From NCBI GenBank assembly GCA_965153285.1, contig OZ229110.1: DNA of 64,000 nucleotides, one strand, 5' to 3'. Numbering within the stretch: position 1 is the stretch's first letter; each line of letters opens with the position of its first letter. The DNA is from Podarcis tiliguerta. Taxonomy: Eukaryota. Positions 1 through 22,014 of the stretch are shown piece after piece. The notes beneath the pieces were generated by a model that worked only from the letters and a program-made list of their open reading frames with translations, had not been told where the DNA came from and did not search any database. The position numbers and the translations under genes are program-made.

Positions 1-336
1 CCTGACCATTAGTTCCAGTCGTGACCGACTCTGGGGTTGCTGCGCTCATCTCGCTTTACTGGCCGAGGGAGCCGGCGTACAGCTTCCGGGTCATGTGGCC
101 AGAATGACTAAGCCGCTTCTGGCGAACCAGAGTAGCACATGGAAACGCCATTTACCTTCCCACCGAAACGGTACCTATTTATCTACTTGCACTTTGACGT
201 GCTTTCGAACTGCTAGGTTGGCAGGAGATGGGACCGAGCAACGGGAGCTCACCCCATCGCAGGGATTCGAACCGCCGACCTTCTGATCAGCAAGTCCTAG
301 GCTCTGTGGTTTAACCCACAGCGCCACCCACGTCCC
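1..336 (-). mobile_element. Sauria SINE (3' tail cut by window edge)
   Basis: The reverse complement begins GGGACGTGGGTGGCGCTGTGGGTTAAACCACAGAGCCTAGG...GGTTCGAATCCC (tRNA-derived head with A/B boxes). It closely resembles the plus-strand copy at 45301-45664. Confidence 0.9.
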
Positions 337-694
337 CTAATATGTCCCACATAATATGTCCCAGTAAATATCACCTCTTCCTCAAAGACAATCCTTCATG
401 TGATTACAGTTCTGGCAGGTATGTCCTCCTAGTGGTGCAGCAATAAAATTGCCAGCACATTTGCAAAGCTCCAGTCCTGTTGCAAAGGTAAGCAACTGCG
501 TGTTGAGATTCCTGCAGTGGGTTTGGACTAAATGACTCTCAGGATCCCTCACAACTCTACAATTCTATTATTCTATGCAGGAAATAGTTGTAATTCACAG
601 TGCAGCAGCAACATGTATTCAGTCAAATGTACATTTTATGTAGTCAAACAAAGGTTTTAAAAAGTTTCCAAATAACAAAAACAAAAGCGTTTTA

Positions 695-936
695 CAGTGG
701 TACCTCAGGTTACATATGCTTCAGGTTACATACGCTTCAGGTTACAGACTCCGCTAACCCAGAAATAGTGCTTCAGGTTAAGAACTTTGCTTCAGGTTGA
801 GAACAGAAATTGTGCTCCGGCGGCGTGGCAGCAGCGGGAGGCCCCATTAACTAAAGTGGTGCTTCAGGTTAAGAACAGTTTCAGGTTAAGTACAGACCTC
901 CAGAACGAATTAAGTACTTAACCCGAGGTACTACTG
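695..936. mobile_element. Non-autonomous Tc1/mariner(pogo)-type MITE, family A
   Basis: Ends CAGTGGTACCTC...GAGGTACTACTG flanked by TA. Homologous copies at 1904-2138, 8164-8383, 12158-12390 and 50440-50665. Confidence 0.88.
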
Positions 937-1293
937 TACTCAGCTTTACACGTACTGTATACAGCAATCTTCTTCAGTAAGTTTCTTATTGAACTACCCT
1001 CCAAATTGTTTCATTTTCACTTTCTCCCATACTGTATCAAGATTTATATCTTACTGACTGAATGATGTTTGTATATAATTTGGTTCTCAAAGCTCACCAT
1101 TATTACCCAGAGTTTTATTGGGGGGGGGGGGGGATATCCGTAGCAACTGAAATGTAGACCTCCTTGTCTTTTCAACAATTTGTCAGGAAAAAAATCATAC
1201 AGTAGGAAATTAAGGCTGCCACCCTAGTATACATGATTACCTGGACATTACAAAGTGAACAATTTTGTCCAAAATAAATAGATTCTCTGTATC

Positions 1294-1440
1294 TGGTGCT
1301 TTTTTCTTAAAAATAAAATAAAAAATATTTAGGGGTACTCTCATTTTCCTACTCATGTTGAAATACTGCCCCTCAATGAGGCCAAACTTAGATTCACAAA
1401 ATGTTTAGGGGTATGCATACTCCCCAGAAAAAAAGCACTG
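1294..1440. mobile_element. hAT-type MITE
   Basis: Ends (T)GGTGCTTTTT...AAAAAGCACTG. 8-bp TSD TCTGTATC (1286-1293) / GCTGTATC (1441-1448). Confidence 0.7.
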
Positions 1441-1903
1441 GCTGTATCTAAATATGATGGGTCCCTATTGTATTAGCAGGGTTGTTGATAGCTCTCACTG
1501 AGCCAACCAGCCTACGTCAGTCAATATATATTCAGTCTATGTCATTCAGTATATTCTTAGCATATTTATTCCTCAAATAATAAACTCCAATGGTGAGCGC
1601 CAACAGGAATGGAGCCAAAACATAGCCACTGAAAGAACAAGAGGGAGGTATCAGCATGTATGGTTGGGGAAAACTCCAACGCATACAGGAGTATGGGGGG
1701 AGCCTTAAAGGGCAAGGAACCCCCCAAAACAGTCCAGTGAGAACTGATCATGCTCAGTGCAGAATGTCAGCTTGGAAAGGAAAACTAGAAAAATGGGGAA
1801 ATGCAATATGAGTATTCTGCACGACTGACTGGCTGGATCTTGAACAGGAACATGCATTTTAGGACCCCTCTATAATTGTTGATATCACAAATGTTCTGGT
1901 TTA

Positions 1904-2138
1904 CAGTGGTACCTCGGGTTAAGTACTTAATTCGTTCCGGAGGTCTGTTCTTAATCTGAAACTGTTAACTGTTAACTGTTAGCTAATGGGGCCTCCTGCT
2001 GCCGCCGCACTGCCGCTGCACGATTTCTGTTCTCATCCTGAAGCAAAGTTCTTAACCTGAAGCACTATTTCTGGGTTAGCAGAGTCTGTAACCTGAAGGG
2101 TATGAAACCTGAAGTGTATGTAACCCAAGGTACCACTG
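1904..2138. mobile_element. MITE family A copy (inverted relative to 695-936)
   Basis: TA|CAGTGGTACCTCGGGTTA...CCAAGGTACCACTG|TA. Shares the spurious 'HTLQVTDSANPEIVLQVKNFASG' translation with the 695-936 copy. Confidence 0.88.
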
Positions 2139-2558
2139 TATTTTTGTCCTGCTTTTATCGTGCTATAGCCCCTCCAGATGACAACAGCGTGGTAGCATTG
2201 GGAAAGCATCAAGGAGCAACTAAAAGCAGAATAAACCCACCTCTGATGCATTATCACTGTGTCAAGAACGTTAAGCAGAATGCGTTTGCTGTGAAACGGC
2301 CAGTGCACACTGCAGCATTTTGTTACAGGACCTGCCTAGCTTTACTGCTAAGCAAATATTTCCCTGTCAGTGTCCTCTGAGAAGTCCCCACCCCATCCTT
2401 CGGAAGGCAGCTCATTAGCACGGAGGGAAGATTGCATAATAAACTGAGGCTCAGAACAACCCTCCCCACCTCCACCCCACTGAGAAATCGCTTCCCAAAT
2501 TAACCTGCTGAAGGTTGGATTAAATGGATTGGAGGTCAAGAGCAGATCACTGACTCAC

Positions 2559-2678
2559 CAGATCCTTTCTCTGCCATCCCTGTGTGAATAGAAGGAGGCT
2601 GCTAGCACAGGGAGGTTGACTAAAAGCTGGTACTGGTGGTGGTGCTGCTATTAGGGACCTGACTGCCTGTGTCTCCAT
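2559..2678 (-). CDS. CABP4: Candidate alternative first coding exon of CABP4 (METQAVRSLI...GWQRKDL, 40 aa)
   Basis: ATG at 2678 and an open frame to a strong GTGAGT donor (2558-2553) in phase 0, the same phase as the canonical exon 1 donor. TATAAATA (2832-2825) and CTAATCA lie upstream. No homology support. Confidence 0.35.
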
Positions 2679-3194
2679 GGGACCCCTCAACCCACTCCCA
2701 ACCAGAAGCGAGCCTTGGGAAACCCCCAAGGGCTAGGCTACAGTTCCTTCAGCCCTTCTCCCCACCTATCTCAAGGGCTAATGGGATTTCCTGCCCTCCC
2801 AGCAGGGCATCCTCAGTCTCCAGCTATTTATATGAACTAATCAAGTTGGGGTCAGGATGTTGCAGAGGGCTAGTTATAATCTTCACAGGCCTTCCGCCAC
2901 CCCTCTTGCTTGCTGTGTCCAAGTGGATCTGCCCTGCTCTGGTTCCTCAACCCACTCAGCCTCTGCGCTAAAGACTAGCTTTTGCATCTGCAAGGAAACC
3001 ATTGTCAGGAAATAAGCACCCCAGAGCTATCCAAAGCTGTACAAATCAATGACCCCTACATCAGGGCAAGGTAATGGTAGAGAATAAGGCTGGTGCCATC
3101 CAGATGTTTTGGACAGTTAGCCCCAGCCAGCACAGCTGTGCTCCAATCAGCCCCAGCATCATACAACCTTGCAGGCTGGGGCTGATGATAGTTG

Positions 3195-3760
3195 CTGTTG
3201 TTCTTGTTAAACAAATGCATAGATCACTTGTGTAGATGCCATATAGCTATCTAAGCGGTAAAACCGGAATAAAACACAGGAAGACAAACTCTAAGAACAA
3301 TAAAATAAATTCAGCAAACTCTAAAACAATAACACCATCAATACAAACTTTAAAAACAGCGAAAACATTTCATCCAATATAAATTACTGGGTTACACCTC
3401 TGGGAAAGGTAAACAGAAATTTCTTCAGTAGGTGGCTAAACATCATAATGCCAGGTGCCTGTCTGATTTCAGCTGGCAATTAATTCCCAAGAGCTGGAGA
3501 TGCAGCACTCAAAACCCAGTTTCTAGCATGGACTAAGCACATCTCTGGGGCATACAATCCTCTCGGCAGTGTCCTGTCTGAACAGCTCAGTCACCAGGCA
3601 GGAATATAGTGGGCAAGGTAGTCCCTTAGATATCCTGATCCCAAGTTGTTTAGGGCTTTTAATGCTGGAAGTGAAACATCTGGGGGGCACCAGCTTGGAA
3701 AAGGCTGGAATAAGGCATACAGATGCAGCAGTATTACAGAGTTGTACTGCTGGCAGATTA
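3195..3760 (-). mobile_element. Degenerate L2-type LINE 3' remnant
   Basis: The minus-strand translation contains an L2 RT C-terminal-like stretch (ALKALNNLGSGYLRDYL), followed by a T-rich 3' tail. Confidence 0.6.
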
Positions 3761-3912
3761 GGCTACATTTGCCCATCTACCCCAGTATTGTCCACTTTGA
3801 CTGGCAGCATCTTAGGCAGAGGACTTTCCCATCCCACAATCTTTTAAACTAGATATTCTGAGCTTGGTGCCTTCTGTAGGCAAAGCAGGAGTTCTGCCAG
3901 TAGCTCAAAATA

Positions 3913-3914
<2 letters not shown>

Positions 3915-3944
<30 letters not shown>
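3915..3944. repeat. (TG)n microsatellite
   Basis: About 15 TG units. Confidence 0.95.
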
Positions 3945-3948
<4 letters not shown>

Positions 3949-4190
3949 TGCAGAAAAAGCACACATCTCAGTTTCCCAGTAGGAATATACTGCTTTGGAA
4001 AATTCAGCATGCAAGCTGCCATCCTAATAAACTGCCATCCCTGCTCTCCAGGCATTCCATCCATGCCTTACTGCCAGCAATATACCCTCTTCTTCAGTGA
4101 AGATATCACACTTAAACACTCTGCTGAACAACTAACTTCCATTAATGCGATGCTAGGCTGTTGAGAAATGTCATATAACTTGGGTAGCAG

Positions 4191-4452
4191 CAGGGCCGGA
4201 TTTAGGTTTGATGAGGCCCTAAGCTACTGAAGGTAATGGGGCCCTTTATATAGCAGGCGGGGCCCATTACTTACATCATAGGAGCTTACACAACACAAAA
4301 CACTGTTGCTGTATGTAGGTTTTATTTGTTTTTTATCTTATATTTTGGAAATGTACATCCAGTTGTTTCTTTCCTTTATTTTTTGGGGGGGCCCCCAAGA
4401 GAGTGGGGCCCTAAGTTATAGCTTGTTTAGCTTATACGTAAATCCAGCACTG
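4191..4452. mobile_element. hAT-type MITE
   Basis: TIR CAGGGCCGGATTTA...TAAATCCAGCACTG. 8-bp TSD GGTAGCAG/AGTAGCAG. Confidence 0.8.
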
Positions 4453-5438
4453 AGTAGCAGGGCTGCTCACAAAGTGCACTCCCCATGATGCTCTGCTCAA
4501 GCAAACCATTATCTTTCCAGGGTCAAAATCTGAGGGGGAACCTGGCCCTGCAAGTTTGCAGTGGAAAACCAGCAGCGCACAGCAAAGATTGGCTAGTGCT
4601 TGCGAAGTCACAAAACCAGCCTGCCCACTTTCCCTGGGTCAGTTTTGTAATTCTTTTCCAAACTTTTCTCAACAAGTAAACAAGATGGCAAACAGTTCAA
4701 CGGCTGAATACACGACATCCTAAAGAAACACAATTAACAATGGGACAACACATTGGAAGCATAATGGGAGAGGCGGCAAAGCTAACTATTGTACCAGTAT
4801 AACTAGCTGGCCACTGTGCCCATCACTGACACTACAAAGGTGGGAGGAAGCCCCATTCATTTCACTCCCACCCCAGGAGATCATTCTGTTGCCACTCCGG
4901 TGCTCATGTTACATGTGGACACCACCTCAGCTTTGAGCCAACACTGAATGGGCTACCTGCCCCCACCCAGCAACTCTGCACAATACGTTGCTTGTACTTC
5001 GTCGCCATTTATCCTAGACCACTTTCCGCATTGTCCTTCCTGAGCCCACTCAGCCCTTACTGCTCCGCTTTCCTAGTTCCCTTTTCTGCATTCCCCATGT
5101 GCGACCTGCAACGAAATGCAGGGGTCACACTTCCAGGCACGTTCATGCCCACCTCCCTGTTTGATTCCATGCCCTCTCAACCAGCATGCCATGCCTACTG
5201 AATCTGCTCAGTCCCCATTTGACTGTTATAGGGGTCTCCCCTTAATATTCTTTATTTCCCCCTCTACTTCTGCAAACCCTGGGTTTCCCCTGATAGCCTG
5301 CCGATACCACCTTCATGTGCCTGGATGGCTCCATTTTGGCTACACAAAGATCTCCTTGGAGCTTGAGTTTGCCACTGATGTCCAGGACGCATCGCTTCTC
5401 AGCCCCACTTCTCCCTCCTGCTACAGACAGCAACTCAC

Positions 5439-5672
5439 CTTGCCAAAGACAGTGTTGAGGAAAGGGGAGTAGGTCTTAATGGCAGCTGCATGGGGGTCAG
5501 CCGGATGTTTTTTGCTGTGTTTGCGCCCGTGGCCGGAGTTGGATCTTTGCCTGGATTCAGAGCCAGGGCTTCTGCTGCCCTTGGGCTCGCTTTCTTCCTT
5601 GGGGGGCTGCTCGCCTTCCTGCGCTTTGCCCTTGGCCGGGCCCTCTGCCTCTCCGGACTGCTTGCGTTGCAT
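5439..5672 (-). CDS. CABP4: Calcium-binding protein 4, first coding exon (78 aa); EF-hand exons lie left of the window
   Basis: MQRKQSGEAE...HAAAIKTYSPFLNTVFGK|gtgagt matches the end of human CABP4 exon 1 (HDAAQRTYGPLLNRVFGK). Phase-0 donor. Divergent from CORO1B as in human 11q13. Confidence 0.85.
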
Positions 5673-5732
5673 GGGACAGGTGTCTCTCTCGGAGATAGGC
5701 ACCCTGTGAAGACTGAGAATGGGGGGGGGGGG

Positions 5733-5818
5733 GGCTTAAGAAGAAGCCAAGAAATCCTCTTATACTCCACCTCCAGGGAGGAGCAGGGTGGGGTGGGGAA
5801 GCCAATTAGTGAGGATTA
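5733..5818 (-). promoter_or_regulatory. CABP4 proximal photoreceptor promoter
   Basis: TAATCC (CRX/OTX) 5818-5813, CAATTAG (PCE-1/Ret-1) 5803-5809, TATAAGA 5764-5758 and TAAGCC 5738-5733, all within 150 bp of the ATG. Confidence 0.65.
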
Positions 5819-6442
5819 TTGTAGAGATGTCAGGGCTGGCTTCCAACCCCTTTGTCCCATGGACAAAGCCATCTCCAAGCTCTCCCATCTATAGCTGCCA
5901 AGTGGCAGAGCATGTGTTGATGTTTTTCCAGGCACATTGCCTTGAGCATGAGCTAGCCGTCTCCAGTTAGGCTCTCCCAAGCAGCGGAAATGAGGACATC
6001 AGTGGCCAAAAGGAGACAAGGAATTAGGTCCCAGAGGTGCTGCCTTTCCGGGGTTGCAACAGTGGTATAAAGTCACCACGAGACTGTGGTTGTAATGTAC
6101 CTGCTCATCACGCCCATAGCACTTGCAGTCCTTCCCTACTTTTCTGTACCTTTAGCTCCACATAGTGGCTGATTTTCCAACTCTGGACATAAGACACCAC
6201 ACCATAGGATACTATGCATGATTATTCACAAGCCAGTCCCACTGAGTTCAGTATAACTCATGCCCTAGTCTGCATAAATGCAGCCAGGGTCTTCCTGGAA
6301 AAAACACTCACTTTGGGGGGATGGAAGCCAGGGTAGTCTCATAAGCCTCAAGAAAACAAGAATATGATATATGCAAAAGGTGATTCCTCCAAGCACTGCG
6401 CTGAAATTATTGACAACTCTTGGCAACACAAACCCTTTAGAA

Positions 6443-6590
6443 CAGGCATGTTTAACAAGTTGATCGCAATCTACCGGTCGATCGGGGCGTGTCAAAGCTC
6501 AACAACTCTGGTCAATCCAATGAGTAGATCACTGTCAGCTTTTTTTATAGTGGGAGTAGATTGCAGTCTCTTGGAAGTTGGATGTGCCTG
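6443..6590. mobile_element. hAT-type MITE
   Basis: CAGGCATG...GATGTGCCTG ends. Perfect 8-bp TSD CTTTAGAA (6435-6442, 6591-6598). Confidence 0.82.
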
Positions 6591-6779
6591 CTTTAGAACT
6601 GGATTTAACAGGCAGCTCAGGGTATATGAAAACAAAGCAGGGAATATGTTCTATGTAGTTGGATTACATTATATGTGTGGTGTAACAACACGTCAGCTTT
6701 CGATTTACACACAACTCGATCTCAATTACGTTTATTGCTTTATTGTTAAATGAACAAGGTCATCTCAAAGATCACAAAC

Positions 6780-7600
6780 AACAGAAGATAAAACAGGTAA
6801 AATCAAAAGAGGTGAAACCACTTTCAGCAGAGGGAAGATAATGAAAGATAGCACATACAAATGCCTTTCAACAAAGCAAATCTCCTACATTTCTGAGCCG
6901 TCAAAAACTCTGCAACTTTCCGTGTAACCTTTTCCCTCCTGGTGATGAACTCTTTTAAATAGGCCATTCCTGTTTTGCATCATTTTCTCATCAAATTTCC
7001 TTCTAGGCAGAACATGGTATAAAATATGGCAACATATTGTTAACTGAGCGAGCTCCACAAATACACATTAAGTAATCTACTGCAATTTTATGGTAATAGC
7101 CCTAGCGATAATGGGGAAGCTTCCTGATTCTGGGAAGGCCTTATGTAAAAAAGTGAAATGTTTGATTAAATAACTAAATATGGATTAAATCCAATTGAAC
7201 ACAGGGGGGCTTACTTCTGAGATGTTTGCAATGCATCTCTCTTGCATGTGTTACTTTAATAAGTTGAATGTAACAAAAATATAGAGGATTTAGCAAAGTC
7301 CTTATCAGCCATATAAGCTTCCTCAGTTGGTTTAGTTCTTTTTTTGCAACAGTTTTTCATGCATTTGAGTTTCAAACTAGAGCATCCAGTTGCAGACATT
7401 TTTGGAAGTCTTTTGGAAATAATACAGATAATACAGATTGTCATAACACTATATAAGCTTAATATGCATAAATTGTTTGTGCTCTAATTCATGCAACAGA
7501 GATCCCAGTCATAAACTTAAAATTGTTTTGTGGTATTTACAATTGATAACATACAGATTCACAGAGGAAGCAGTTTCCCAAGCATACATCCCGAGCCCCG
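6780..7600 (-). mobile_element. Highly degenerate non-LTR retrotransposon 3' end (RTE-X/Vingi-like)
   Basis: Minus-strand remnants LMCICGARSVNNMLPYFIPC (decayed C-terminal CCHC-like knuckle) and VTRKVAEFL, interrupted by stops. Family assignment is uncertain. Confidence 0.4.
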
Positions 7601-8163
7601 GGAAGATCAAGAGTGGTAGTCAACTAACTTTTTTAGACAAATTAGACCCATTGAACATTAATTCCAATGCATCTACTCTGAGCAAAACTTAGTTGAATCC
7701 CAATCAATGTCTTCAGTTCCTGCAAAGGTCAGGATTAGTTGCAAAAACCTGGTGCCTATTGGGGCTGATGGGGCAGAAGGCTGGAAGCCAGGGTCAAGGA
7801 CAAGCTGAGTCAACTAATTCCAGCTTTGTCCCCATCCTGCCCCCTGCTGAGTTCTACAGAAGGCAACACAGAGACCAAAGAGGAGGAGGAGGTTGATAGG
7901 CTGTGCCACTCCCTGAAAGGTTGTAAGGAGGATGACAGACAGGCAGGCAGGAGCTGGCTAAGAGCAGTCTGAGGTTGGTGGAGCCACGCCTCTCTTACCT
8001 AATGGCCAACCTCTACTGGGATGGGGTCCAAAATCCACCCCTTCTTCCCATTTGCTCCCTAGTTCACCCATTTCACTTGTCAGGGCAATCCTATGTGTCT
8101 ACTCAGAAGAAAGCCTGACTGAGTTCAATGAAACTTACTCCCACGCAAGCGAGCATTGGAATA

Positions 8164-8383
8164 TAGTGGCACCTCAGGTTACAGCGCTTCAGGTTAGACT
8201 CCGCTAACCCAGATATAGTACCTCGGGTTAAGAACTTTGCTTCAGGATGAGAACAGAAATCGTGCAGCAGTGGCACGGCAGTGGGAGGCCCCATTAGCTA
8301 AAGTGGTGCTTCAGGTTAAAAATAGTTTCAGGTGAAGAACGGACCTCCAGAATGAATTAAGTTCTTAACCTGAGGTACCACTG
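8164..8383. mobile_element. MITE family A copy
   Basis: TAGTGGCACCTCAGGTTA...TGAGGTACCACTG|TA. Confidence 0.85.
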
Positions 8384-8889
8384 TACAACCACTGGCTTCA
8401 CATTCAAATTCGAATGTAAGCTCTTTGGGGCAGGGAACTTTTTCTGCTGTTTTCTTTCTTAATGCCTGATGTACATTGAGGGGGTTAAGAACTGCAATAA
8501 ATTCTGAACAAGCCCATCCTGCCTTGAAGCAGTTGCGTGTCTCCTTCCAAGTACAGTTCAGGGCAGTCCACACCAGCGGGCTCAGGCACCTTCCACGCAC
8601 CGGCCGACACGGAACTGGCAGGCTTAAAACGCCCTGCGAGTCAAAGGAAATGGTGTGTATGCGATCTCAGAATCACTTATATTATGCGCAGAATGAGAGG
8701 GTGGCTCCGTCCCTGCCCTGAGAAGCTTTATAGCCTCCCATCACCCTAAGGTAACTTTTACATGACTAGGAGCAAGTTTCTCATCAAGAAAAGCGGTTCC
8801 GACGCCCACAATTCCCCCAAAGGAGACCTCCTGAAAAATCCCCGCCTTCCCTTCACAGTTTGGTTACTCTCATTAGTTCCCGGCAGGAA

Positions 8890-9700
8890 AAGCAGGAATG
8901 CACTCGGCGCATGCTCAGAGGCACTCTCTCCTCGACTCAAGCAGGGGGACGGCCCCGCAGTCGACAAACGCCAGGCTGGCGGAGTTCTGCGCACAGTCTC
9001 TTGCGCCACCCTTGCAGCCTGGAAATTGCGCGCCAAGACAAGCGGCGGAGACGGCAGTTCTTGGGCCCGGCCCGGCCCATCTCCCCCGTCCCGTCGCGGC
9101 GGGTGTTGCCCGGGCAGGCAGCCCCTGGCGCGCGCCGGGGTGCGTGGCCGGCCGCTGACCCCAGAGGCAGCCCTTCCCCTCGCCTCGCCTCTCCCAGCCC
9201 CGAAGGCAGGTGAACTGGGCGCGGGGAAGGAAGCTTCCTCGGCCTGCCCTCGCCGCTGCTGCTGTCACTTCCTGTAGCCGCCGAGAGCCCAGCCCAGCCC
9301 GGGTCCTCCTCCTCCTGCTTCTGCTGCTGCTCCCTCCCTCCCCGCAGCCGCCTGCACCGCCCTGGGCAGCGCGCAAGGGAGAGGCTGCTGCGGTCGCCCC
9401 CGTCCACCCCAGCCGGTGAGTGGCGATGGGCGGGTGAAGCTCGGCGGGCATTGCGGGTGGGGAGAGGGGAGGCGGAGAGAGCCGGGCCCGGAGGCGCTTC
9501 CCGGGCGGGAAGAGCGGGGAATCAGGCAGGCTCTAGAGGGGAGGAAGAGGCGGAGGCGTCGGTTTCGCCAGACCCAGCTCGGTCGCTGTTCCTCTGCGCC
9601 CCCGCCACCCCAGAGTCCCGCCCTGCTGCTGTGCCTTTGCCTCTCCGGTGCCGGGAACGGGAAGGGAGCGGCAATTTCCCCACCCCGCCTCCCCAGCTTC
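8890..9700 (+). promoter_or_regulatory. CORO1B: CpG island / CORO1B promoter and non-coding exon 1 (ends 9415)
   Basis: High CpG density, GC boxes and an ETS-type CACTTCCTGT near 9266. Donor CCG|GTGAGT at 9415/9416. Confidence 0.75.
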
Positions 9701-11752
9701 CCTTTCGGTACTTTCTAGATCCAGAGCTTGCTGCTTATATGCAAACCAAAATGCATGTATAAGGGAGCGGTTCCTCGGTGCCAGGGGGAGGGAAAGCACT
9801 TTGTAGGTGCTCAGAGGCTCCCTTTGGCTGTGTCTGTGCCACCGGGCTCGACCGCTAGCATTCAGTAGTTTCTGGGGCTAAACCCCAGCAGAGTTGCTCT
9901 TCCCTGTTGAAAAAGTACCGGGTCAGGTCACTCCCCTCACCCCGGCAAGGCTTGTATAATGCATTGGCCCCTTAAAAGGGTATGTTGTAGTTTGGAGGAA
10001 AGTAGGGTATGCTCCAGGTAAGCGCTGGTGGGGGCCACACCTTCCTTGCGCCAGATTCTTCTGGTCCCTTTTCGTCCAATAGTAACAGCTGCGCTTTGGT
10101 TGCAAAATGTTCGGCTGCACATCCGGCTGTGGCTTCAGTGGACCAACTGTGCTGTGATTTAACCATTTCCCTGTGGGGTTGTTTCTTGCAGGAAATGAGT
10201 TTTCGGGAAACACTTCCTTTCCCGAGGAAAGGAGTGTGTGTGTGTGTGTGTGTGTGTACAACAACCCTGACTGAACCCGTTGCTTTTCTCAAGTTTATGT
10301 TGTTTTCTCTCTCCGTCTCCTTTTGGTCCCCAAACTCCAAAACAGGAAGACTTCTGGGTTCAAAGTTCTGGTTCGCTGATGTTAGGTAGCATTCGTCCAA
10401 TTCTCCTACACCTTCCTGTCTTCCTCCAAAGTTTTCCTGGCTGCGCAGAAGAATAAACAAGGCTTGCCCATTCTTGAGTCCTTCTCTGTCATCGGCCATT
10501 CTCACAGGAACCACCCAAAGGGAACTTTTCTCCTGTGGCTTTGAGTCACACCTGGTTACAGTTCGGAGTAGTGGGTGGGGCTGCCACTGAAACCTGAAGA
10601 CGGAAGTTCCTACCCCATCTCCCCAAAAGTCTTACGACTGTGTGCTTGAAACAGAACTTGTGCTTAAATGGATTGATTCCCTTTACTGTAAGGGTTGTGT
10701 GCTGTGGTTGCAGAGCTTTTAAATGCTTGCTTCTAGCCTTAAAGGTTTTTGTTTGGTCTCACTCTGATCAGGTGTTGAAGCAGCAGGCTGAATTTTGCTT
10801 TTGGTGGGCACTGCTTCCATGAAAAACACGTCTATATAAGGCTACAGGAAGTTCAGTGCGTTTTCCTTCTCTTGCGACTGACCGCTGTCAGTCATCCATA
10901 GATAGGCCTTGATGGGGCCTTTTGATTAATTACACTAAGGGGTTTTAACTTCAGTGATTTTGGCCTGCCACTTTTCAGGGGTGACATTGGGGTGGGTATG
11001 TACTCTGGTCTTGTAAGTGTATTTTCGTTTCTGGCATTTCACATGTAAACCAAAGAAATGTAATAGCAGAGCCTGTGTACCAGATTGTGTAGAGCACTGT
11101 ATCTTTTGATTTACGGTGTGCACGCATCTATTGAAAAGGCAAGTGTTTGGAATCAATCTGGGATTCTACTGCAGGATTCATAAAGGAGAAAGTTGCTAAT
11201 TCCCTCTTCCACTGTGTTTCCCTCCCACCTGCATAGAGCCGAATCAAGGTAGAAACCCACCCTCCCGTAATAAAGGAGGTTGGATATTAGACGATAGACT
11301 GGCAGCGATTGAAACAGAAACAGGACAACAAGTGGCAAATAATCCAGCCAGAGTCATCAATGAGCCTCTGCTCGTGACTATTGCCTATACACAGAAGCAA
11401 AGCACAGAGAAAATGCGAGTTGTCAATTATAAAATGAGCTGGAGTGCAAAAATTTGTACGGAGGCCAAAAATGTAGAGCTGCCGAGAGCCTGAGTGCACA
11501 GAGGTATTTATATATGTAGGGGGGAATATGAATGTTGGGGGGGGGTCCAAGTTTGATCAAGAGCACCAGAGGCTTCCTGCTCATTGTCGAAAGAGGTCGG
11601 ACTTGCAACATCTTCAGCAAGTGAAGTGATTGCAATCTGTGCGGCAGCTCTGCCGAATTCCTTTGATTCCTGCTCCACATTTCTGAACAACCTTATTACA
11701 ATCCTATTAGAAATCATATTGCAGCATCGCCCTTGGGGAGCATTGTGCATGA

Positions 11753-21261
<9,509 letters not shown>

Positions 21262-22008
21262 GAGGGGTCCCCGCGGAGGAGACCTCACCAACATGGATCT
21301 TCTTAAACGCTTCACCTTTTTTTGAGCTGCCAGTAATCCCTTTATACACTGCCTCATCCTGCCCTGTGGTGTGAGACAGGGACTTGCCCTCTCTTGCTGC
21401 TACTGGGAATGTTTCTTGGGTTTTGTCTCGGACCAAATCTCCTCCTTCTCCTGCACCCTGTTTTACCCGAGGGGCGATGTGCTGGTCTCCCCACATCTGT
21501 CCCTTTGCCTTATTCTGGCCAGAGTCCCTCTGGCCCTGTCCCCTTCCCACGGCTGGGGTTGGCTTGAATGTCCCCCTGTGGGGATCAGGACTAGCTAACT
21601 GCACAGTCTGACATGCCCACGCTTTCCACTGGCGAGAAGGCTGGGATTCCCCTTCCCAATCTCTCATGGCGGGTGGATTTTGCGGTTTATTGGAAGCCAG
21701 TGCTTCCTATGGGCCAGGCCTCTTCTCCCCATTTTCCCTGCTAGGACCACTGAGAATCCTGTTGAGGATTCTTCTGCTTCCTTGCCTGAATTTTATTTTA
21801 CTTCAAAGAGACCATGGATGGGATCATTGAGGCTTGACTATGAAATAAATCTGCCATCTAGTCACAGTCCTTAAGTTTCTTGTCTCTGGGACCACTCCTC
21901 TCTCCCTCCCTCCAGCCCTCAAATGCTAAGCAGGTTCTGACGAAACACACGAGGGGGTTGGAGGCGAAAAGAAACTGTTCAGGTTCAATAATCTATATTT
22001 TCATTCCA

Positions 22009-22014
22009 AATAAA
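22009..22014 (+). terminator. CORO1B polyadenylation signal
   Basis: AATAAA about 750 nt after the stop, followed by GT-rich sequence. An alternative AATAAA lies at 21844-21849. Confidence 0.6.

Noticed and set aside
1566-1751. 61-aa ORF in the CABP4 intron
   Set aside because: Not EF-hand-like. It resembles a decayed LINE RT C-terminal fragment (PILLYALE).
8758-9799. Cluster of overlapping 100-178 aa ORFs on both strands
   Set aside because: A CpG-island artefact caused by few stop codons in GC-rich DNA. The translations are low-complexity with no recognisable domain.
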